A stretch of DNA of 62,185 nucleotides, the filler included. It is 5 parts of 5 records of this genome, joined end to end, with 100 filler letters (N's around TTAATTAATTAA, not from the genome) between each part and the next. Parts side by side here need not be neighbours in the genome. Positions count along the whole stretch, not along the records: positions 44,797 to 62,185 come from SRR2962707_4810; 4 more parts are not named here. One strand, 5' to 3'. Position numbers and translations under genes: made by a program. Every line of letters starts with the position of its first letter. Position 1 is the first letter of the stretch. Positions 55,615 to 62,185 of the stretch are shown in pieces. The notes beneath the pieces were generated by a model. It did no database searches and was not told the origin of the DNA. It was given only the letters and a program-made list of their open reading frames with translations.

Positions 55615-56466
55615 ATGGGAAACAAACTCGTCGCGCTGGTTGACGGCTCGATCTATTCTAAAAGCGTTTGTGAAAACGCGGCCTGGCTTGCACGGCGCGC
55701 CGGCACACCGGTCGAGGTGTTGCATGTGCTTGGTCGCCGCGACGTTCCGGTCACCGATCTGAGCGGGTCGATTGCGCTGGGGGCGCGTTCGGCGCTGCTG
55801 GCCGATCTTGCCGAACTCGACGAACGCCGGGCCAAGCTCTCCCAGCAGAAGGGCAGGGCGATCCTCGAGGATGCCAAGGCCATTCTGACCGAGGGCGGCG
55901 TTGCCGATGTCTCCACGCGCCTGATGAATGGCGATATCGTCGAGACGCTGGGCGATTTCGAAGCAGATGCCGAGCTGATTGTCATCGGCAAGCGCGGCGA
56001 GGGCGCCGATTTCGCCAAGATGCATCTGGGGTCCAATCTGGAGCGTGTGGTGCGGTCCTCCAAGCGTCCGGTGTTCGTCGCGGCCCGGGGCTTTTCTGAA
56101 ATCGGCAGTGTGCTTGTTGCCTTCGATGGCGGCCCGAGCGCCATGAAGGCCGTGGATTACATAGCCACGAGCCCGGTCTTTGCGGGCGTCAGCATTCGTT
56201 TGCTCACTGTCGGAAACGAGAGTGCAGAGGCGGCGGCAAAGCTCGAAAGCGCCAGGGCCAGGCTGGCAGCTGCCGGGCTGGACGTTGCGGCCGGCATTCA
56301 GCCCGGACAGCCCGAAACCGTCATCGCTGAGATTGTGGAGCAGGGTGGTGTCGATCTGCTCGTTATGGGCGCCTACGGCCATTCGCGCATCCGGAGCCTG
56401 TTTATCGGTTCGACCACGTCGGAAATGATCCGGTCCTGCAAGATCCCGGTTTTGCTGTTCCGATAG
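55615..56466 (+). CDS. Tandem-domain universal stress protein
   Basis: VDGSIYS, GKRGE..LGSNLERV, MGAYGHSRIRSLFIGSTT. Confidence 0.95.
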   Translation: MGNKLVALVDGSIYSKSVCENAAWLARRAGTPVEVLHVLGRRDVPVTDLSGSIALGARSALLADLAELDERRAKLSQQKGRAILEDAKAILTEGGVADVSTRLMNGDIVETLGDFEADAELIVIGKRGEGADFAKMHLGSNLERVVRSSKRPVFVAARGFSEIGSVLVAFDGGPSAMKAVDYIATSPVFAGVSIRLLTVGNESAEAAAKLESARARLAAAGLDVAAGIQPGQPETVIAEIVEQGGVDLLVMGAYGHSRIRSLFIGSTTSEMIRSCKIPVLLFR

Positions 56467-56473
56467 CTGGACA

Positions 56474-56506
56474 GAAAAATGCCGGCATTCGGGGTGGAAT
56501 GCCGGC
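56474..56506 (-). terminator. Hairpin terminator between convergent genes
   Basis: GCCGGCATTC-N6-GAATGCCGGC with an A run on its left. Confidence 0.65.
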
Positions 56507-56570
56507 TCAGTGAACACTCCTGTCGGGGAGTGAGAACGTGTGCCCCGGCGGATCAGTGCCGGGGCAAATT

Positions 56571-57200
56571 TCAGTATCCGGCAGTCGCCGTCACGACTTC
56601 GTCGCGGCCATCGAGAATGTCGACCCACTGGCCGGAATGGGCCTGCGACTGACGCTTGAGATACGTGTAGGGTGTATCGGTCCAGAGCTTGATCAGCCCT
56701 TCCTGATTGTCGAGCACCAGATCGCCCCGGTCGGTGCGCACCATCAGCACCGCATGACCTTCGCCATCGGGCTGCTTGACCACCGAAATCAGAAGGTTGG
56801 CGGGGTTCCAGCCGCCTTCGATCAGGGCGGCGCGCTTGGCGAGGACGAAATCCTCGCAATCGCCATAGCCCGACGTGGGGTAGGTCCAGAATTCCTCGGT
56901 GCCGTAGAGGTCGTAATCGCTCACGGCGGTAATCGTCGTGTTGTAGAGATTGTTGACGTCCTGGAGCTGGCGCCACCGATCGTCATTGAGCGCGGCCGGC
57001 GCAGCAGCGGCCAGAGGCTGGCACTCGTATGGGCGCTTCTGGCAAAATTCCATGTGACCGACCGGAATGGACGTCACACCAGCCGCGACCTCGGCATAAG
57101 CGAGTTGAAGGCGGCCATCCTGAGCGAGCGCCGGCGCAGTTGCCCCGACGGACGCCATGAGGGCAACAAGGCCCGAAATAAGGATCGATTTGTTTTTCAT
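56571..57200 (-). CDS. Transglutaminase-like cysteine peptidase (BTLCP, peptidase C93)
   Basis: Signal peptide; GDCEDF, GHAVL and LVLDN triad motifs. Confidence 0.93.
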   Translation of the reverse strand: MKNKSILISGLVALMASVGATAPALAQDGRLQLAYAEVAAGVTSIPVGHMEFCQKRPYECQPLAAAAPAALNDDRWRQLQDVNNLYNTTITAVSDYDLYGTEEFWTYPTSGYGDCEDFVLAKRAALIEGGWNPANLLISVVKQPDGEGHAVLMVRTDRGDLVLDNQEGLIKLWTDTPYTYLKRQSQAHSGQWVDILDGRDEVVTATAGY

Positions 57201-57333
57201 TATCGTAATCTCCCCGACGGAGACCACGATAAGGGGCGGCAATTGCCCTGATAGAAAAATTGCCGCGCAGTTTTTAAGCGTGTTTTATCGGCTTGTTTTA
57301 CAACCCGTTAGGCATAAGCCTTCCGGTATTGAA

Positions 57334-57792
57334 TCAGCGCCGCGCGTAAAACGCGTTGCCGCCTGCCACCAGCACGTAATGCATGTTGCGATAGGGGAAG
57401 CTCAGGCCCGCTGTATGGAAATACATGGCGTCCTGCACACCGGGGTGCCGCTCGCCGCGCAGTACGCGGGTTGCCATCTGGGCCGCCAGATTGAGGCTGC
57501 GCTGCTCGGTCATCTGCCGCGATAGCACACCATCGGCAAACTGGTTCTTCTGACCCACCACGCCGCAAACGTCTGAGGGGAACTGGTGGGAAGCGGCACG
57601 GTTCATGACCACTGTGCCAACGGCCAGCATGCCGTCGGGGCTCGAGCGGTTGGACTCGAAATACATGACGCGTGTCATGCATTCGTGCGGTGTTTTCGAT
57701 CCAAACAATCCGAACAGCGAGACGCAGCCGGAAAGGGAGGTGAGGGCGGCAAGGCTGACGGCAATCGCCGCAACCTTTTTTACGATACGCAT
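57334..57792 (-). CDS. SleB/Hydrolase_2 cell-wall hydrolase, lipoprotein
   Basis: LSGC lipobox; MYFES..GMLAVGTVVMNR..FP..VCGVV.Q..QF. Confidence 0.9.
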   Translation of the reverse strand: MRIVKKVAAIAVSLAALTSLSGCVSLFGLFGSKTPHECMTRVMYFESNRSSPDGMLAVGTVVMNRAASHQFPSDVCGVVGQKNQFADGVLSRQMTEQRSLNLAAQMATRVLRGERHPGVQDAMYFHTAGLSFPYRNMHYVLVAGGNAFYARR

Positions 57793-57998
57793 GACTGACT
57801 ACCATCCAGAATACGCGGGTGGTTGCGCTTTCCGATCCCGCCCCCCAACGACCGGTCTCGCGCACATAGGCCGACTTTAGGGTAGGCGGGTTAAGGATCG
57901 GTTCACTACGAAAATTTCAGGATTGATAATCCGGCTGCTCGATCCCAAATCAATTCAATGACATACCAGCCCTACCGAAGGGGCGGGGAGACTTTAGA

Positions 57999-58841
57999 AT
58001 GACCAAATCGGGATCGATCGCCTGGCGCGTCGGGGCCATGTGGCTGGCGGTTGTCGGTATCTGGCTGTTTCTGGGTTGGATCCGCGATGCCGTTTGGGGC
58101 TCGGGCCATGCCGGCTATACGCTGGGCGGGCATATGTTGAGTGCGGCGCTCGCCACGCTCCTGACGGTGCCGCTGGTTATCGTTATGCTGCGTGCTTTGG
58201 ATCGAACCACGCTGGAGAGTATCGGCTTTCCGTTCCCGGCCAACGCGGCCCGGCCGTTTCTGATTGGCATCCTGGCATGGTCGGCCCCATTCGCGCTGGG
58301 GCTTGCGATCTGCCTGGCGGCGGGTTGGGTCACAGTGACGCCAACTGCGGATTGGTCCGAAATACTGGCCTTCCTGCCCGTATTGGTGGTTCTGGTCTTC
58401 CTGCTCGAAGCGTTGCCCGAGGAATTGGTATTCCGCGGCTATATCTACGGGCAGCTCGCATCGGGGATGAGCCGGTTGTGGGCCGTTGTGCTTCAGGCAG
58501 TGCTGTTTTCAGCCTGGGGTGCGGCGCTCTGGACGATTGCTGTGGGGACGGTTCCCATCGACCGGATCGCCATGTTCTTTTTCATGGGGCTGGTTCTGGG
58601 CATGCTGCGCGTCGTTTCCGGGTCGGTGTGGGCAAGCATCGGCTTGCACGTCGCGTTCCAGAGCGTGGCGCAATTGCTGCTCAACGGGCCGCGCGGACAT
58701 TTCGCGATTACCGGCGTCGAGACGCTGCAACTCGTGGCGCTGGGCATCGTGCCCTTTTCGCTGGCAATGATGATCGCCGAGGTTTTTTACAAGGGTCCGC
58801 ACGGGTGGATGGAGCGTGCGGGCCGACCCGTGGTCAGTTGA
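57999..58841 (+). CDS. CPBP/Abi intramembrane glutamic endopeptidase
   Basis: EELVFRGY, SGSVWASIGLH; multiple TM helices. Confidence 0.9.
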   Translation: MTKSGSIAWRVGAMWLAVVGIWLFLGWIRDAVWGSGHAGYTLGGHMLSAALATLLTVPLVIVMLRALDRTTLESIGFPFPANAARPFLIGILAWSAPFALGLAICLAAGWVTVTPTADWSEILAFLPVLVVLVFLLEALPEELVFRGYIYGQLASGMSRLWAVVLQAVLFSAWGAALWTIAVGTVPIDRIAMFFFMGLVLGMLRVVSGSVWASIGLHVAFQSVAQLLLNGPRGHFAITGVETLQLVALGIVPFSLAMMIAEVFYKGPHGWMERAGRPVVS

Positions 58842-58965
58842 TCCGCAGGTTCTGCTGTACCCCCAGCGCGCGCAGCGAAAGTGGATGCCGGTTTCGCGGT
58901 TCGCGCGCGCGTCAAAAAGAACGGTGGTGCGGGCGATTTGGTCAGTTGATCCGCAGGTTCTGCTG
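58831..58965. repeat. 27-bp direct repeat flanking a palindromic insert
   Basis: TGGTCAGTTGATCCGCAGGTTCTGCTG at 58831-58857 and 58939-58965. Confidence 0.9.
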
Positions 58966-59574
58966 CACCACCGTGAGCATTTCCTGCACCGAGGCGAATT
59001 CGACGGCGATGCCGTCGGAGAAATGCCGGACGACGCGGGCCCGCATGCGGCCGAGTGAAATCGGCGTACCGAGCGCGGGCCGAACCTCGATTTCGACGGC
59101 GGCGCCCGAAAGCGAGATGTCGGTGATCTTGCAATTGTAGCGCCGCCCATCCTCGAGCACGATGGAGGAATGGCGGATATCGGGCACAACGCGCTCGTGG
59201 CGCCGGTCTTCGGGCAGATTCAGGATATCCTTGTTGGCGAGCCAGGTCAGCTGGGCGGCCATCTTGTCGCGACGCCTGGCCGACGCCACGATATCCATAT
59301 GAAAACCGCCATCGATCAATTCGAAGATCGTGCCTTCGACACGGCCGAGATAATCGAGATAGATGATGACTTTTTCACCGACGCGCCCGGAAACCGGGGC
59401 AATGACCATCGCGTCGCCGGGCGACATTTCGATGACCTGACAGGGAAATTCGCGGCGGTCGGCCAGCATGTACCGGCCGAGCACGGAGACCAGGACGCGC
59501 TGGAAACGGTCGGCATCCTCGCGCGGAACGGCATTGGCCAGTGTCGTCCGAAGCGTTGTGTCTTCGCCTAACAT
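58942..59574 (-). CDS. Tandem PilZ-domain protein
   Basis: DRFQRV..EMSPGD and RRHERV..DISLSG motif pairs. Confidence 0.92.
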   Translation of the reverse strand: MLGEDTTLRTTLANAVPREDADRFQRVLVSVLGRYMLADRREFPCQVIEMSPGDAMVIAPVSGRVGEKVIIYLDYLGRVEGTIFELIDGGFHMDIVASARRRDKMAAQLTWLANKDILNLPEDRRHERVVPDIRHSSIVLEDGRRYNCKITDISLSGAAVEIEVRPALGTPISLGRMRARVVRHFSDGIAVEFASVQEMLTVVQQNLRIN

Positions 59575-59668
59575 GTTGCGCGCCGCCCTTGTCTGCCGGT
59601 TTTCACGCCAACAATATGGGCAATAGCGTTAACGGACGGTAAGGGTGTGGGGCAAATGCCGGTGTTCT

Positions 59669-60325
59669 TTAATTCTTTCCGCCATCGATGACCGACAGGT
59701 GCGCATAGCGGCGGGCCGAGTAACCGGCCACCGTCGCCGGCATTGGTGCTGCGGCGGGCCCGTCATTCATCGCCGCGGCGATATCGTCGAGCATGGCGCT
59801 GCGGTAGCCTTCGGGCGTCACCGTATCCTTGTCATCGGGCCAGATCAGCCGAAGGCCGGTGATGCGCTGGTCGACGATGGGGTGGATGCCCAGCCAATAG
59901 GGCGTATCGAGCGCCGAAAGCCCGCCCATCATGCGCGATGTTGTGACGCCGTTGTGGCGCAGCGGAAACAGCGCCAGTTCGAACGATAGCTTTTCGCCGC
60001 GCTCGGTGCTGCCTTCAAAGGTCACCAGCGCCACGGCGTGGTCCTCGGTGACGGCCCGCATCAGGGTTTCCAGCGCGTCGTGATCGCGCACCGACCACAG
60101 GGCCGAGAAGGGGCGGGACTTGAGCTCGCGGCAATAGGTGGCGCAGATATGGGAACCGGCGAGCCTGAAATTGAAATCGAGCCCGTCGCCGGATTCGAGA
60201 ATGAAGGTATGGGCCAGCGCGTCGCGAATCCGTGTAGGATCGATGTCCCGACGCTCGGGAGTGGAGCGCGCGCCACGGATTTCGTTCCAGTAGGAGTAGA
60301 GCGTTTTCGTAGAGCGCTGTTGCAT
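59669..60325 (-). CDS. PAS-like domain protein (PAS_5/DUF1457)
   Basis: LYSYWNEIRG..P.RRDIDP, FRLAGS. Confidence 0.88.
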   Translation of the reverse strand: MQQRSTKTLYSYWNEIRGARSTPERRDIDPTRIRDALAHTFILESGDGLDFNFRLAGSHICATYCRELKSRPFSALWSVRDHDALETLMRAVTEDHAVALVTFEGSTERGEKLSFELALFPLRHNGVTTSRMMGGLSALDTPYWLGIHPIVDQRITGLRLIWPDDKDTVTPEGYRSAMLDDIAAAMNDGPAAAPMPATVAGYSARRYAHLSVIDGGKN

Positions 60326-60418
60326 GCCGGCCAGACCTTAACAATACCATGCGGCGGCTCTTGATGAGCTTCCGCCAAGACAACGCTACACTGCCAAATC
60401 CGCATCGCAAAAGCGCTC

Positions 60419-60433
60419 TTAAACAATCATTAA
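60419..60433. promoter_or_regulatory. CtrA-binding box
   Basis: Perfect TTAA-N7-TTAA in the divergent PAS/rhomboid intergenic region of a GC-rich genome. Confidence 0.7.
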
Positions 60434-60508
60434 GGTTAATTTCCACCGGCTCGGTGTGGATAAGCCGCGGACCCGGTACAACGCCGCCGCAAAACAAGGG
60501 AAAACCCG

Positions 60509-61258
60509 ATGGCCGATACGCCGCAACAGCCACAGCGCGAGCCGATTTTCAACGTGCCGGGCGTCATCATGGTGCTGATCGGCCTGATGTGGGCGATCCA
60601 TATTGCCGCCGATCTGGTGCTCGACGAATACGGGCTGGGTAATCTGCGAATCTGGTTCGCGTTTATTCCCGACAGAATCGCCAATGGCGCGCAATGGCAG
60701 GGCGGGGCGCTGCCACTGCTGTGGACCGGGTTTACCCATGCGTTCCTGCATGTCGATTACATGCATCTGCTGGTCAATACGGCCTGGCTGATGGTGTTCG
60801 GAACCCCCGTGGGGCGCCGCTATGGCGCGGCCGGCGTGCTGATCGTCTTTCTGCTCGGCGCTTTGGCCGGCGCCATCGTCCAGTCGATAGCTTTGATGTT
60901 TTCGGTCAATCAGTTCGCCATTCTGCTCGGGGCTTCCGGCGGCGTTTCCGCGCTTACGGGCGCGGCCATGCGGTTCATTTTCGAGCCCATCGTGGTTGGC
61001 AAGGATCCAGAGACCGGCGACCCCGTTGCCCTTGGCCGCCGCACGTCGACCCTTGCTGGCGTGTTCGCCAATCCGCGCAGCCGGGCTTTCGTCTTGCTCT
61101 GGCTCGGGCTGAACCTGCTGATCGGGTTTGCACCCTTCATCCTGGGCACCAATGTCGCCATCGCATGGGAGGCCCATGTGGGGGGCTTCGTCGCCGGCCT
61201 CGTGCTGCCTTCGGTGCTCGATGGATTGGCGCGGCGTGGGTTACCAGATCGAGGGTAG
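60509..61258 (+). CDS. Rhomboid intramembrane serine protease
   Basis: HAFLH..HLLVN, GASG, WEAHVGG. Confidence 0.94.
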   Translation: MADTPQQPQREPIFNVPGVIMVLIGLMWAIHIAADLVLDEYGLGNLRIWFAFIPDRIANGAQWQGGALPLLWTGFTHAFLHVDYMHLLVNTAWLMVFGTPVGRRYGAAGVLIVFLLGALAGAIVQSIALMFSVNQFAILLGASGGVSALTGAAMRFIFEPIVVGKDPETGDPVALGRRTSTLAGVFANPRSRAFVLLWLGLNLLIGFAPFILGTNVAIAWEAHVGGFVAGLVLPSVLDGLARRGLPDRG

Positions 61259-61930
61259 CCAACGGAACCTGACGCGATTTGCGTAGTCGGAATAGCCCGG
61301 CAGCTCATTTCTGAGCATGCGGTCCTCGAGTATTGTGCGCAAGGCCAGCAAGGCGACTGCGGCAGCGGCGGGCAAAAGTGCCAGCGCCGATCCGAGCGCC
61401 AATGCCATACCCACGCTCAAGCCAGCGGCTGCGATGTAGCCCGGATGGCGAATATGTGCGTATGGGCCGGTATCGACAACCTTGTGATCCCGGTCGGACT
61501 GGATGCGCACTGTGGGTTCAAAGTGACGGTTGACGCCCTGCGCCCAGGCGGTCAGCGCAAACCCGCCGACAAACAGGACAAGGCCCAGAACGGCTGCCGG
61601 AATGGGCAGCGAGGTGCCGTCCCACCGGCCAATGTCGAGTGCGGCCACCGGCGCTATGGCGACAAGCGCAACAAGCATCCCCAGCAACAACGGTTTATCC
61701 CATTGTTTGGTGCCTTCGCCCACGCCTTGGCGAACGGCAATGATTTCGGGGTTTACGCGCTGAAGGTAAGCGAACGAAATCGTCATCGCGATGGTGAACG
61801 TAGCGACGAACCACCACGCCTGCGGCCAATCAAACGTGCCGGCGATGCCGAACAGCAGGGCTGCGACGATGACCACCACGAACCCGATCTGGACGGCAAC
61901 CTTCACGGGAGAGAGGGGAGCGGTTCGCAT
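61241..61930 (-). CDS. Isoprenylcysteine carboxylmethyltransferase-family membrane protein
   Basis: VVDTGPYAHIRHPGY, EDRML..ELPGY..Y. Confidence 0.9.
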   Translation of the reverse strand: MRTAPLSPVKVAVQIGFVVVIVAALLFGIAGTFDWPQAWWFVATFTIAMTISFAYLQRVNPEIIAVRQGVGEGTKQWDKPLLLGMLVALVAIAPVAALDIGRWDGTSLPIPAAVLGLVLFVGGFALTAWAQGVNRHFEPTVRIQSDRDHKVVDTGPYAHIRHPGYIAAAGLSVGMALALGSALALLPAAAAVALLALRTILEDRMLRNELPGYSDYANRVRFRWLPSIW

Positions 61931-61953
61931 GCCCTTCTGTCTTCCTCGCAGGA

Positions 61954-62185
61954 TCAGCCCCGATAAACCTCATCAGGATCGAACAATTGTGCTGCACCAG
62001 TATCGACCAATTGTGCAGCGCTGTCGATCATCTCGACCCGGCGGTAAAAACAGCTCTTGCGGCCTGTGTGGCACGCGGCGCCGTGACCGGTCTGTTTGAC
62101 CACCACAACCAGTGCGTCCTGGTCGCAATCGGTGCGCAGTTCCACGAGTTCCTGGAGTTCGCCCGAGGTCTCGCCCTTCTTCCAG
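61954..62185 (-). CDS. hisI: Phosphoribosyl-AMP cyclohydrolase, 5' part outside the window
   Basis: [24 protein letters not shown]. Confidence 0.96.
   Translation of the reverse strand, partial: WKKGETSGELQELVELRTDCDQDALVVVVKQTGHGAACHTGRKSCFYRRVEMIDSAAQLVDTGAAQLFDPDEVYRG

Noticed and set aside
58831-58965. CRISPR array
   Set aside because: Only two copies, an 81-bp interval, one copy is coding, and there are no cas genes. No CRISPR array was seen anywhere in the window.

Overview
This window is not one locus. It is five unrelated contigs joined by 100-bp N spacers, each with a central TTAATTAATTAA linker (15432-15531, 27774-27873, 34499-34598, 44697-44796). (1) 1-15431 is a GC-rich gammaproteobacterium (Alcanivorax-like by impression): aminotransferase, uvrB, a REP doublet and cysZ. 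These are followed by an accessory island encoding a 2412-aa signal-peptide-bearing SpvB/FG-GAP/RHS polymorphic toxin, its likely immunity gene, and three small secreted proteins whose sequence pattern resembles AB5-toxin B subunits. (2) 15532-27773 is a protist-like eukaryote: an intron-containing GCN1 and a convergent 3' part of UBE2K/Ubc1. (3) 27874-34498 is an alphaproteobacterium: glmM, thiD, GNAT, MocR regulator, PhzF, LysE, DMT, serC. (4) 34599-44696 is a eukaryote: one spliced gene of about 2630 codons with the architecture temptin-Kelch-DOMON-(Cys-rich sushi-like)n-DOMON-ferric reductase/FAD/NADPH. (5) 44797-62185 is a Hyphomicrobiales (Devosia/Pelagibacterium-like) housekeeping region with a sulP leader RNA candidate, a MITE-like element and several CtrA-type boxes. 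The best candidates for undescribed systems are the RHS toxin with its B-subunit-like trio, and the giant DOMON-stalk ferric reductase. All family calls come from motif recognition by eye; no searches were run.
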